Position numbers and translations under genes: made by a program. A model generated the notes under the pieces. That model was not told the origin of the DNA. It saw only the letters and a list, made by a program, of their open reading frames with translations, and made no database searches. A stretch of DNA of 64,000 nucleotides, taken from NCBI RefSeq assembly GCF_964204645.1, contig NC_134031.1, positions 5,828,001 to 5,892,000 of the forward strand, written 5' to 3'. This DNA comes from Tubulanus polymorphus (Eukaryota; Animalia; Nemertea). This document shows positions 1 to 13,095 of the stretch, one piece after another; the stretch's first letter is position 1, and every line of letters begins with the position of its first letter.

Positions 1-76
1 GTACCGGTGCTAATCCACATTCATCCTATACAGTCTCCGCAGAACGCAGGCACCACTCTCTCTCTCTCTCTGTCAG

Positions 77-198
77 AGCACACAGTGGCGGAAGACGAAA
101 TGTCAATCCCTATTGAAAAACGTCAAGGTACCGGAAATTTTGACATCGCTGAAATAATGAGAGGCATCCGCAGAAAAGCCGACATTCGCCGCGCGTGA
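77..198 (+). CDS. Probable terminal coding exon of a secreted peptide precursor (gene begins left of window)
   Basis: (CT)n polypyrimidine tract + CAG acceptor at 74-76, then xHTVAEDEMSIPIE-KR-QGTGNFDIAEIMRGIRRKADIRRA*: acidic spacer, dibasic site, Gln-initiated 24-aa peptide. No family recognised; upstream exons not visible. Confidence 0.45.
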
Positions 199-559
199 TA
201 TCGCCTTCATCTCTGATCTGCACGTTCTAACCTTGGATTTGTTATCATTCTAACTTCTAACGGATTGATTGATCGCGCTCCGAGCTTCTGTTCGTGGAAC
301 GTTAGCATAATATATCAAATATAATTCATAAAAAGTAGAGGTTAGCCTGTGACGCATCTATTCGGTTTTCTCACGGACTTCACGCAATTTATGGCGCCGC
401 TTGTTAGCCCGAAAAAATGTCCATTGTTGTCGATGTAAGGAAAATCTCTTATTTGCTCGCAATTTCTTTAGGATTACGCGTATAGATGGTAACGGCTAAG
501 GGGCTATCCACCCGTACGTACATATCGATTATGAAACGTATCGGTATCTGTAGTAGGTA

Positions 560-740
560 TCTATTCCTGCTCCAGATGATTTATAGCGTCTCACATCTGC
601 AATCTAATTTCGGGTGTCATTGCGAAAATTCAAAACTGTTCATGTATGGGGAGCTCAGCAGGAAGAAACTGCCACAGCGGACAGAATCACAAGGAACTAA
701 TAGGATCGTATGGGAGGTCGTGAGTGCCGCAGAATGAAAG
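560..740 (+). mobile_element. Possible decayed RTE-type LINE 3' fragment
   Basis: Translation KLFMYGELSRKK resembles the RTE C-terminal motif K.LLYGEL..GKR; short and degenerate. Confidence 0.3.
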
Positions 741-788
741 AAGCTTCAATTAGGATTCAAGTCATCCTTGTGTGGAAAGTACATAAAT

Positions 789-988
789 CAGGGGCGGATC
801 CAGTATTTTGTCGGGGTGGGGGAGGGGGTCCTGGGACCATAGGCACACGGACTGAATTTGAATAACACTATTTTCCAGAATTTTTTTTCAGCATGTATTT
901 GTACTTGCACGGGGACTTGTTGGAAAAATGCTCTCTTTTGGCCACCGAGGGGGTTCTGACCCCATGATCCCCCTGTATCCCAAACCTG
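789..988. mobile_element. MITE, CAGGGGCGGATCC-terminus family
   Basis: Left end caggggcggatccag; degenerate right end ctgtatcccaaacctg; flanks taaat/taaac. Relatives at 26389, 35031, 39199. Confidence 0.55.
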
Positions 989-2063
989 TAAACAACAGAA
1001 AGAAACTGTTATTATCATGATTTAACAAATATTGGGTGGTGAGGTCGGAGCACAACACTAACAGACCCCTGGCGTGGGGTTTCGACGAACCGGCCAAAAT
1101 CCGAAGAAGGAACGTATTTGAAAAATGAATTTTCAGAAATTGAATAAGATCTTGGACTTGTCCTATGTACTCCCGGTGCGATAGGACAACAGGTACTGAC
1201 TGGCATTGGACTTCTTAGGTAGCCAAGAACTGCATTTGCCATCACAACGCGACGTTTTACGTCTCAAAGAGGCCCACAATAGAGATCCGAATTTTAAAGA
1301 AAACGAACTACCCATAAAATCAGTCACGTTAGGTACGGGCCTGAATAACTTAGGATTGAAACCATCGATAGACGAGTGGGGCGGATAGTAACCACAATAG
1401 GGATCTGTCCCTATCGGTCTGCGTGAGATTAGATTTTTTTGTAAGTAATTTGATACGAACTGTGACGTCTTAGATTTGATGTTTGACCGCTTAAAGTGCG
1501 ATGGCATGCATGATATGCGCGGTGTCATCGAATCGTAAAATTCAGAATGAAAATAGAATTCCGCAACTGCACAATAACACATTTACTATCGCAATCGGAT
1601 GATACGAGTTCGATTCTAGGAATTCTAGGAATTCAACTGGAATGCGATTGAATACGTAGAATTAGCACGCTTCATAATTTCTGTTGTAATGAGCTCGATG
1701 TATTACCATAGCTCGATATGCTATGGTTATTGCGGTGAAAGCGGTGGATACCACTGTTGTGGTTTAGTTATGGCACGATCTGTCCACACATCATCAGCAT
1801 GAACGTGTACGTCGACTACAGTTGAATTGTATAATAAACATTTAATGATTTACTGGATTCTGGAGATTTACTCTCATTAGATTCTGAACACCACAGACCT
1901 CAACACATAATTATATAGCTTTGACTGGCCAAGGATGTTGCTACTTTGGACTGTTTCTAGAGCAGACTTGGATATTGTAATGCGGAGTATTGTTAAGTGT
2001 GCCAGGAGATTGCAGCGCTGTACTACAGGTGGTCTTCATGTTCACTACCTGTTTGGCAACTAT

Positions 2064-2336
2064 AGCCGCGATCACGGAGACGATTTGGTCCGGATCAGAC
2101 CCCCGAGTCAAATTTGGCCCGTGCCTAATTAGAGAACGCACGTTCACACGTAAACCACTCACTCGATACTTAACAAGTGAAGTGAGTCACTTCCGGAAGC
2201 AGTTGCAATTCAAAAGTTGATCAGTGCTTGAATTTGGCTCGGGCGTGGTCGGACGTTTTTTGTCTGGCCAAATATGGTCCGAAAGTTTGCCGGGCCTAAT
2301 TTGGCACGGGCCAAAAATGCTCGTGTGATCGCGGCT
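2064..2336. mobile_element. MITE with AGCCGCGATCAC TIRs, PIF/Harbinger-like (duplicate at 4042-4314)
   Basis: Perfect 12-bp TIR agccgcgatcac...gtgatcgcggct, TAT on both flanks, internal aaatttggcccg repeats. Relatives at ~17613-17782, 33988-34190, 55318-55612, 57211-57514. Confidence 0.8.
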
Positions 2337-2879
2337 TATAACGTCAATTCATTCCTATCTCCAGAACTCATGTGTTGAAACGAAACAACGGAACCGTTTT
2401 GGGGCTTACCGCTCGATTTTCGAAACAAATCATAACCAGACTGAATTATTGTCCCTTGATAAAACGTCTCATTTTAGGGCTAATCAACAATATGTATTGC
2501 TCGGTTAGGGAAATAGCGGAGATCAATCACGACATGGCCACTCTTGGCCGATATTACCATACCACTCAAAAGAGTAAATCAAACCGCAATCGTTCTCGTG
2601 ACTCGAGCAACGGGAGAAATTGATCGTTAGACAGAAATCCGGCGATAAGCAGAAACTGTGCGGAATTGAAAAAATAACAATCCATACGAAAGCCGTCCGC
2701 ATCAACAGCATTTTAATCGGAGAGCTATGACACGTTCATAACGCTTCGAGATTGAGCATCTTATAAATCGATATAGATTTTCAACGACATATATAATTAA
2801 TCTTAGGTGATCAATTTTCCAAAAAACGAAAGGCCCGCGAACAAGCAACAGTTTTCGCTACAAATTTCAGTTTTGATAA

Positions 2880-3295
2880 ATTTTTGACGGCGTAAAAACC
2901 GTTACAATAATGTTTTTATACATTGATACCGTGATCTGTGTGAGATGATGTGCACTACGTCATCAATATTGGCGTTTAAAAATAACAATTACAATTGTGA
3001 ATTCTGGCATCTATTTTTCAACTGAATATATTTCGTAACTCTTATTCCATTTTTGATAAATTTTGATAGTAATTTTTGAGAGGATGTGTGCCACGTCATC
3101 AGTATATCGGGGTTAGACTGGTTGCCGGTCAATTCAATTCAATTATCGATATATTCATATCTATAATAACTTGATCCTATTGACATTACATGTGTATATA
3201 ATCAATATAATCATCTCTTTTTTATCGTCGACAGTATCTTAAGCAATATGTGTGTTGTTTTTCAAGGTGTCAAAAAGTTAGTTTTCTTGTTTCCT
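2880..3295 (+). repeat. Interspersed repeat family (duplicate at ~4858-5273; inverted copies at ~6490-6780 and ~30750-31160)
   Basis: Shared blocks gatgtgcactacgtcatcaatattggcg, tagactggttgccggtcaattcaattcaat and ttttgacggcgtaaaaaccgttacaat recur as reverse complements elsewhere. Confidence 0.8.
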
Positions 3296-6200
3296 TTGAT
3301 AAAAAATTGATATTAACTTTGATATCATTTGATTATTGTTTGTAATCTAAACCGGAACCGAAATTTCTAATCATGCACTTCGCTTTGAATAAAATATTCA
3401 TTAAATTTTACCAGTCATCTATCTACGTAATCATATACATATGAATTTAATTAGAGCCAGAATTTTTTCTTCATAGTCAATTTTAAGCTTCAGTTGGCAA
3501 ACTTGCATCGGAGATTCTTATCCGTTTTTACTGTCACCGTCGTTTTTTCCCATACCGACTGCGCACGTGTCTTTCAATCAGAACATACCGCGTGTAAACA
3601 GCTCAATCTTCGCGTGGGGCTCATAATCATTTCACGCATTGTTCATCACGTTACATAATATATACATCTTGTGTGAATGAGCTTTCAACATTCACACTGT
3701 AGTGCATCCCGAGCCTCCTGCCACGTCTGAAGCACACATATATGTATTTATGATATCCCCGCTCCGTGAGAAATGGAAAACGACGAGCTTTGTTTGAAGC
3801 AAAATAAACAAGACATTTAGTTGATTATATCGATTGTATGATCATTCTCTATGTCTGAAACGTTTTCAGTTTTTCAGACGAACGTCATTCAAATCGTAAT
3901 TTTCAATTTCAACTACTGCTACTTTGGACTGTTTCTAGAGCAGACTTGGATATTGTAATGCGGAGTATTGTTAAGTGTGCCAGGAGATTGCAGCGCTGTA
4001 CTACAGGTGGTCTTCATGTTCACTACCTGTTTGGCAACTATAGCCGCGATCACGGAGACGATTTGGTCCGGATCAGACCCCCGAGTCAAATTTGGCCCGT
4101 GCCTAATTAGAGAACGCACGTTCACACGTAAACCACTCACTCGATACTTAACAAGTGAAGTGAGTCACTTCCGGAAGCAGTTGCAATTCAAAAGTTGATC
4201 AGTGCTTGAATTTGGCTCGGGCGTGGTCGGACGTTTTTTGTCTGGCCAAATATGGTCCGAAAGTTTGCCGGGCCTAATTTGGCACGGGCCAAAAATGCTC
4301 GTGTGATCGCGGCTTATAACGTCAATTCATTCCTATCTCCAGAACTCATGTGTTGAAACGAAACAACGGAACCGTTTTGGGGCTTACCGCTCGATTTTCG
4401 AAACAAATCATAACCAGACTGAATTATTGTCCCTTGATAAAACGTCTCATTTTAGGGCTAATCAACAATATGTATTGCTCGGTTAGGGAAATAGCGGAGA
4501 TCAATCACGACATGGCCACTCTTGGCCGATATTACCATACCACTCAAAAGAGTAAATCAAACCGCAATCGTTCTCGTGACTCGAGCAACGGGAGAAATTG
4601 ATCGTTAGACAGAAATCCGGCGATAAGCAGAAACTGTGCGGAATTGAAAAAATAACAATCCATACGAAAGCCGTCCGCATCAACAGCATTTTAATCGGAG
4701 AGCTATGACACGTTCATAACGCTTCGAGATTGAGCATCTTATAAATCGATATAGATTTTCAACGACATATATAATTAATCTTAGGTGATCAATTTTCCAA
4801 AAAACGAAAGGCCCGCGAACAAGCAACAGTTTTCGCTACAAATTTCAGTTTTGATAAATTTTTGACGGCGTAAAAACCGTTACAATAATGTTTTTATACA
4901 TTGATACCGTGATCTGTGTGAGATGATGTGCACTACGTCATCAATATTGGCGTTTAAAAATAACAATTACAATTGTGAATTCTGGCATCTATTTTTCAAC
5001 TGAATATATTTCGTAACTCTTATTCCATTTTTGATAAATTTTGATAGTAATTTTTGAGAGGATGTGTGCCACGTCATCAGTATATCGGGGTTAGACTGGT
5101 TGCCGGTCAATTCAATTCAATTATCGATATATTCATATCTATAATAACTTGATCCTATTGACATTACATGTGTATATAATCAATATAATCATCTCTTTTT
5201 TATCGTCGACAGTATCTTAAGCAATATGTGTGTTGTTTTTCAAGGTGTCAAAAAGTTAGTTTTCTTGTTTCCTTTGATAAAAAATTGATATTAACTTTGA
5301 TATCATTTGATTATTGTTTGTAATCTAAACCGGAACCGAAATTTCTAATCATGCACTTCGCTTTGAATAAAATATTCATTAAATTTTACCAGTCATCTAT
5401 CTACGTAATCATATACATATGAATTTAATTAGAGCCAGAATTTTTTCTTCATAGTCAATTTTAAGCTTCAGTTGGCAAACTTGCATCGGAGATTCTTATC
5501 CGTTTTTACTGTCACCGTCGTTTTTTCCCATACCGACTGCGCACGTGTCTTTCAATCAGAACATACCGCGTGTAAACAGCTCAATCTTCGCGTGGGGCTC
5601 ATAATCATTTCACGCATTGTTCATCACGTTACATAATATATACATCTTGTGTGAATGAGCTTTCAACATTCACACTGTAGTGCATCCCGAGCCTCCTGCC
5701 ACGTCTGAAGCACACATATATGTATTTATGATATCCCCGCTCCGTGAGAAATGGAAAACGACGAGCTTTGTTTGAAGCAAAATAAACAAGACATTTAGTT
5801 GATTATATCGATTGTATGATCATTCTCTATGTCTGAAACGTTTTCAGTTTTTCAGACGAACGTCATTCAAATCGTAATTTTCAATTTCAACCCTCTCTGG
5901 GAATATCAATGAAATATGATTTAGTCATTTTTGCTCGACATAACTACGAATAGAACACTATTTCCGAGTGGCAACGCTAGAGACGAACTATAACTTAGCT
6001 ACTACGACGCAGTTTCTATGAAACCCGCTGTGTGAAAACCTTTTCTGATAACTTAAGAATAGCACTTTGAAGAATGGCAATATCCCAATATCCGTGAAGA
6101 TATGTGAGAATCTCACAATTGTAAAATTGACTAGAATATTCGTAAGTAGAAATATGTCCAAGAGCTTCTGCTGCCCATCCTCAGTCTAAAATGTGTTGCT

Positions 6201-6489
6201 TTGATTACTTCATATAGTAAATATAGTTTATATACCTACATTCCACTTAGTAAATCATTAGTTCCGCTAGATTGTTTTAACGCTCCCTCCGTTGGTTATG
6301 TAGTTAATGGATAGAGTACCCGGTATTAACAACTGTTATGATGTAACCCGATAAAGGGTTATTAACTGTAACCTCTTCAAAAGGACGTGACCTAACATAT
6401 TTCGTGCAATATGCAAATCAGTCGATCGACTGCTACATGTAAGACTTCTTTGCAAGAAAACTGCATGTACACTGGTACTCTGGACCAAT

Positions 6490-6780
6490 AAAACTAACTT
6501 GAAGGTTTATTGGCGCCTTGAAAAAAGTTACACATAGATAGTGCGTATAAAAGGATAGATGGAATTATTTTGAATTTGAATATACCGAGAATTGAATTGA
6601 ATTGACCGGGAACCCGACTAACCATCAATATAAAAAAACATGGACATTCATTAGGTACTTTTCATTCATTAAATATATTTGAATTCAAAATGAATGCCAA
6701 CACTCAAAGTTGTGAATAGTTATTTTGAAACGCCAATATTGATGACGTAGTGCACATCGACTCACACAGTACCCCTTAAA
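6490..6780 (-). repeat. Inverted copy of the 2880-3295 repeat family
   Basis: cgccaatattgatgacgtagtgcacatc and attgaattgaattgaccgg are reverse complements of blocks in 2880-3295. Confidence 0.75.
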
Positions 6781-7506
6781 TTGAATTTAAATTGCGTATG
6801 TGTGACCAGGTAGGTTCTTTCCCGCATCCCTGGCGTGACGAAATAATGCCGTAACACGTGACTTCGATTGATCACGTGACGACAGAGACAGACGACCGCC
6901 TCTCTATTGAAAATAATGAAAGATCAATACGAGTAGGTTATTCCATCACTTAGTGCCAGATTCGACGATAATTGGTCGAAACACAGATTCTGTTACGGAG
7001 ATAAACATACTAGTGTTCGGCCTAGGGTGGTAATTACGCAATAAACAATAAATCACTATTCCCATGGACGAAGGCCTATAAACTCCTGAACTTTGTCACA
7101 GCCAACAGACACAACGACATCATTTATACCTCCCCATATCAAGGAAGGTAGGAGCACCTCGCTTCTGGAGCTCAGCTTAAGTTCATTTACATTTGCTGAA
7201 ACATTACTTCTCTGCACAACTAATCTGAAAAAGAAGTTCGTTGTGCAGCCTTCCCTCTATTATCCACCCACACCAGTTGACATTTGTATCCATGTCCAAT
7301 CTTGATTTTATGAATGTGGACTATAAACAGTAACGGAACAATTTCCCACCCGGTTTACACTCGACGATTGTTTGATATCAGGTTGAAATATCAATATCAC
7401 CAATATAGCCACCGCTACTGCAAACTCATCTCATAAACCTAGAGTATACGCAGGACAAAGCCTGTAATTTTACGTTATGAATATCAATATTCTACCCCGA
7501 TACCAG

Positions 7507-7924
7507 GGGTCAGTTGCACAGTCAATGCTTAAACTTAAGACCAGTCTAAGACCGTTTTGGTTCTATATCCAATCTAATAACTTACGACCAGTCTTTAAGT
7601 TTTGGGGCACTTTCGGACTTATCTGTGCAACCGGGCCAACTGGGCCTTGGGGCCAGTTGCAAATGTCTTGACTTAAGTCCAAAAGTGGTCTTAAATCTTA
7701 AGACTGGTCTTAAGTTGTTAGATTGGCTTTAGGACTTAGTTGGTCTTAAACTTAAGTCTAAGCCATGACTGTGCAACCGGCCCCAGGGGCCGATTCCATA
7801 GACAGGACTTAGACTTAAGACCGGTCTAAGACAAACTAAGTTCTGTAGCCAATCTAACAACTTAAGACCAGTCTTAAGGTTTAAAACCACTTTTGGTCTT
7901 AAGTCTTGACTATGGAACCGGCCC
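7507..7924. mobile_element. Three adjacent Harbinger-like CTTAAG-rich MITEs (7507-7637, 7650-7783, 7787-7924)
   Basis: TIRs gggccagttgca...tgcaaccggccc, internal cttaagactggtcttaag palindromes, CWG flanks; copies 2 and 3 are inverted and separated only by CAG. Confidence 0.85.
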
Positions 7925-8009
7925 CTGAAGCGTACAGAGCCACAAACTTGTTTCGGGTTGCTGCTGCTGCCAGTCATATATCTGCACGGATTCGGCTAAC
8001 GTGAACGGC

Positions 8010-8420
8010 GTTCCAGTTCTGAGACTCCAGACGATTCCAGCAATTTACACCGACTAAATTAGATCGTATCTCGGATAAGAGGCAGCTATTGTGCGTTCAT
8101 TACTGCGAGAAGAATTTACCAAAGAAAACTCGATACGCTAAAACACACGTAATTATAGGGAAAAGCTCTCGGTAAAGATTTATGAACGTTGGAAATGGAA
8201 TCCGCAGTCGCCCGAACCGGAATCAAGAGCAGAAAATACTCCGGATAAGACACAGTAATGTACAGAAACGTGGACCAGAGACTCTCTTAAGCAACCGAGC
8301 AGACTGAAGATGGAAAAGCTTTTATCTCAACATGAAAAGGGACACATGTTTGTGAAGTTGATACCGCGTCGGAGTGAACTCGTATCAAACAATCAAGAAT
8401 ACGATTGTGACTAAGGTGTG
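8010..8420 (+). mobile_element. Possible decayed RTE-type LINE 3' fragment
   Basis: WKWNPQ...NT resembles the RTE motif ALxWNPQGKR.RGRPKNTW; frameshifted and degenerate. Confidence 0.3.
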
Positions 8421-9094
8421 AATTACACGAGAAAGACCTGATGCTACTCGTAGACGCATATAGCGAGCGTCTTCGAAATAGTACGAAATGAGCCGAGAAA
8501 TTGTATTTCTAAACATTGAGTTAAAACTCATCTTTCACACCTGTTAGAAAATCTTTCGAATCTGGTTCGCACGGAATAAACCCATACATAATAATAACTT
8601 TAATTGAATCAGTAACACACAGCTTATCTATTTTGACTCATCCAGTTTTTAGACTAATTATGAACTAATTGCTGGGGCTTCCATCTTCTAGGTTTACTTA
8701 TTGAACTGTGAATTTAAGTCTGTCCGTGGATTTAAGTCCACTTTATCTCGCTACTGGCGAAAATAGCAGCTCATGCCTTGTATATATGTGGCTCATGTAA
8801 CACATACTTCATGCAGTACGATCTCAATCGTTTTCTGAATTCTCGGTAAATGTCTCCGCGAAACAGGACAGTAATTTCCTTAATGAAATATTCGCCGATC
8901 GACGGCCGATAATTAAAGGTTTGGATGTTGACGACAAGAAGCCGTAAATGAAATGCGCTGAGCGTCGCGCGAGAAAATTATCATGTTAGCGTTTGAAAGA
9001 GAATCTGGTTCGACGGGAAGTGAAAAGGAAATTATTTTGTATATATGCGACGAGTCGGAGAGACTGAAATATAACCGTCTCGGGTCAACACCAG

Positions 9095-9233
9095 GGGCCA
9101 GTTGCACAGTCATGACTTAAGTCCAAAAGTGGTCTTAAATCTTAAGACTGGTCTTAAAGTTGTTAGATTAGCTATAGAACTAAGTTGGTCTTAGACTGGT
9201 CTTAAGTCTAAGCCATAACTATGCAACTGGCCC
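9095..9233. mobile_element. Harbinger-like CTTAAG-rich MITE, intact copy
   Basis: gggccagttgca...tgcaactggccc with CAG duplicated on both sides; empty site reconstructs as AACACCAGGTGC. Confidence 0.9.
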
Positions 9234-12200
9234 CAGGTGCGCAAAGCAGTCTTGAAAACGTTTTTATCAGAGTGCGGCAATAGAAACAAAAAATGATAAA
9301 ACATCTGTGCTCAAACTCCGAAAATCAAACTTGCTCGGCGTTTCGTCCTGTTGTGCGCGTCAAACGTGGACAGGCAACCAGTCTAGTAGAATCGGACAGG
9401 CAACCAGTCAATGAACCTACCAGGGCCTGGAGATAGACTGGTTGCCGGTCTGATTCGGTTATCGGAGTTAGTCGACTACTATTTGCGAACTAAATGAAAC
9501 CGAATGTTTTAAGTCGGAACTGAACAAGGGCATAACTGACGGTGCTCTACTGTGTTCATAGTTATATATTTCGATTCCGCTATGTGCATCGAAAGCCAAA
9601 ATCTTGTGGATTTGGCTGAAACAATCGATTTTTCGCGTTTCGTGTTTGCAGACGTACCGAGCGCGTACGCCTTCGGGCAATTCGAAAAAAACTCTCAGAT
9701 CGAACCGCACTCAGTGATTCGACTCCGTCTAATGTAGAGAAAAAATTCTACTCCCCGCGCTGATAATTCAGTCAACGAGAAACTGTTTTCTTACAAGCAG
9801 CGTTCACCTATTACGACGCATTTATCATCAATTTGTCAGTCTGTTTTGTGAATTCTCCCGGATCGGTGATTATCAACGAGTGTTTATAATGGAGTAGTAC
9901 GTGTAGCATTAGTTTCGAGAAAGCGGTATGACAGCCGCGGTCCCCGGCTGGGACTGATCGATTTTACATTCGCGAGATAATACGCGCTGATTCTGAATGA
10001 AGTCTCTCTGTCTTTTCCTCTCTTTTCGCTGATTCGGGAGAGATTTGTGTGTCGCATTTCTATAAAAACAAACTCCCGTATATTCCGTCGATCGTTGCGA
10101 TCGTTTTGTGAATAAATTAGATAAACACAAGGCAATATACGAATCATGAACCTCCGTCTGCTATTGGTTACGTCCTCGCGTGATCCCAACATTTGAAATC
10201 CCTATTGTACATGGCCGAAGATTTCCGGTTATCGATTTATTCGGGGTTGAAACCCCGTTAAAAATAAAATGCTAACAATGCAAACTCCCTGGAGGCCATA
10301 CGAGAAGCTTATCGTCTGAAGCAGTTTCGCCGCGTCAGTGAATAATTAAAATTAGCTCACTCACTCCTTACCCATAGATCATCCGTACTAAGTATCAACA
10401 AATTTGATTAAAACCTGTAACTGGAATAAAGATTTTTGTAAAAGTTAACAGCCTCCGGCCACTGCGGAGCCAGAGATTTGAGCTTGACAGCACAAGCAAT
10501 CGACCCACTTAAAAGAACGATGGAACTCCATTATCTCAGTCAGATACAAACGAATCACATGTAGTAAGTCTATACAAACTGCCAAGAAATAATTCACTGG
10601 TTCTGGATGTTAAATTAAGTTTTGTAGTTTAATTTGTAATAGAAAATGCACCCACCTACAGGACGAGAAGAAGTCTGAAATGAGTCGGAACACCTCGAAA
10701 TGATAGTGCATTGCAGTCCAGTAGACCCGAAAGTGAGTGGCAAAATATAAATCAATCAAAAAAGATTAGCTTAAGTATAGTTATCTATTTGGCGATTAAA
10801 AACAAACCTTACAAAATGACGATTTTAGAATACTCAGGCGCACTTACTGCTTCGCCACAGAGCTTTTCATTTGGTTAACGACGGTTCGTGTTTTTCATCG
10901 ATTCATTGTGCGTCAGCGATGTCACTGAGGTGACGTCACAAAATGTCACATCACTGAGGCAATGTCACAAAATGTCACTTGGGGTGATGTCACGAAATGC
11001 TATTCCCAGGGTTTTTATGGCAAATGAAAAAAAAATGTATACCCTTTCTGTACGCAAATTCCTCCTCACGTACGCCGAATAATGACCACCGCGCGGGTGC
11101 CGTCACTAAGGAGGAGTAGCGAAACAAACATCTCGTCGCCACCGTCGATTAAATTCACCTGTTTTTAGAACACATCTATCGTCAAGCACAAAGAGAAAGG
11201 ATTTACATCCGCTTAAGGGTAATTATACGCTAGCACTGTATCACATTTACTTATTCATGCGTCACGAATCACGATTATAATGATTTTCGACAGGTCGGTT
11301 TCATCTAGACGGTTCTATTCGGTTTTTTTTTCTTCATCTTTGACTACGAAATGCAGTTGAATTGATGCGGGCAGTCGATATTATCGATTGGGGACTTGGA
11401 TGTTTTTTTTTTGTGATTGACGCTTGAAATCGAAATGTTTTACATTCAATCAAACATACAGTCAATGATTCACATGTATCGATGTTATTAGCCATGAAGA
11501 AATTCATTCGTGTCGCGGCACTGTCATTTTCTTATCCAAAAGTGAACGCGAAACAACGTTCATTTCAGAAAAGGACTGAATTACTAAACGATTATGAAAA
11601 TCTGCTAATTGATTTATGTCGTTTCAGCGCGTATAAGGCTGTCGCAGACGCATTTCAACAATTTGCTGATATCGCTTCGAGCCGAGCCATTAGTCGATTG
11701 CGCTAAAGTCGCTTTTTAGATTTTGTTGATTTATCTTTCTGTCGCCAGCTTCGTATCATCGTCATAGACGAAAGCAAATAAGTAATGACAAGAAGAAGGC
11801 TAGAAATAAGAGATTCTTGTCTGGGTCTTTGAATAATTTACATCTTGGAAAAAAATATATCTTGCCCCACCTTCACTCCCTCTTCATATCCTTCTCTCTG
11901 TGTTCTCACTGTCCCTCTCATCATTTCATCGCCATCACCATCACCATCACCATTCATTACGAATAATTGGCATATTTTTGAATACTTAGAAGGTTGAATT
12001 GTTTATAGTTTTGATTAGAGGAATTTCATAGAAAAAAATTGATCAGTCATAATTTGAAATTTCAAAATGTTTTAGGCACGATTGATTTGAATTGGCCTAA
12101 TTTACTATCATAAGATTTCTAGCCTTTTTTATAATTTGCTTTCGAAAAAAAGAAAGAAAAGTATTCATTCGGTCAAAGTTGTGAACAAACTGAAATAGGT

Positions 12201-12923
12201 GAGGGAAAAATGTCACCTCTTCCCTAATCTCGTATCCGTATTTCCCTCTCACTGTCCATTGCGGTATCTCTTTCCTTCACTCCTTACGCGCGTCCTCCGC
12301 CCTCCCGCTCCCTGTGCGGGTAATTAATGAAATTCGAAACTCCACGTTATGTAGTAACGCATATAGTAATGAAATAAATACCAAAACCCTATTGTCGCAG
12401 ACATCTACCGGATTCATATTCAGGAAATAGAATGCAATAAACTGGACCTCATTATTAATTCTGTTCAAGCACACATGAAATTATACTACGTACGTTCTTC
12501 TGTAAGAAAGGTACAGTAAGAACTGCTATCATGTATATATGAATTTCTAGAAATCAGAAATAAATGCAATCAATTCTTACGCTCAATTCTTAACTGCGGC
12601 CATTAAATATGTACATCAAGTTGGCCATTAGTCATACGCGGAACTGTCACGTACTCGGAACAACTGACGTGTGAAATCGAGTCGGTATTCGTTTAAGGTG
12701 TGGTCGGTCAGACTATTTCTGACTGTTGTCAGTTCGTTGACACCGCGTAAATCCGTACGAACGTATTATGTGATATCGCCGCTAGCCATATCCGCATAAG
12801 TGAATTACACAAGACATGGTTTCACGTCGATTAGATATTACAAAATCTCGAGAGAAATTCAAATTTCAGAAATTCTGAAAATGCATCGAAGATAATGCGC
12901 ACGTTTTCTATGCAGACGACATA

Positions 12924-13095
12924 CAGTGGAAACTCGTTGATACGAATCTTGCGGGTAGAAATGAATCGTCGTATTAAACTGGTTTCGTATGATTCAAAGC
13001 CTGATTGATATAGATATATTATCTGGGACATACCTGAAATCGTCGTGATAATCCGGTTTTGTCTTAAACTGAATCGTATTAACGAGGTTCAAATG
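12924..13095. mobile_element. Tc1/pogo (Tigger-like) MITE
   Basis: TA|cagtggaaactcgttgatacga ... tcgtattaacgaggttcaaatg imperfect TIRs of the CAGT-type. Confidence 0.6.

Larger units (their letters stand above)
1939..5891. repeat. Direct tandem duplication: 1939-3913 and 3917-5891 (1975 bp each)
   Basis: Constant 1978-bp offset (identical ORFs at 1941/3919, 1990/3968, 2372/4350, 2523/4501); no differences noticed by eye; 3-nt TAC at the junction. Confidence 0.97.

Noticed and set aside
1935-4689. Duplicated short ORFs as a duplicated gene
   Set aside because: They overlap a MITE and are identical only because of the tandem duplication; no splice structure or recognisable domain.
11126-11141. 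GGCGAC-N5-GTTTG near-match to the BMP silencer element
   Set aside because: Mismatch falls in the essential GTCT Smad4 box.
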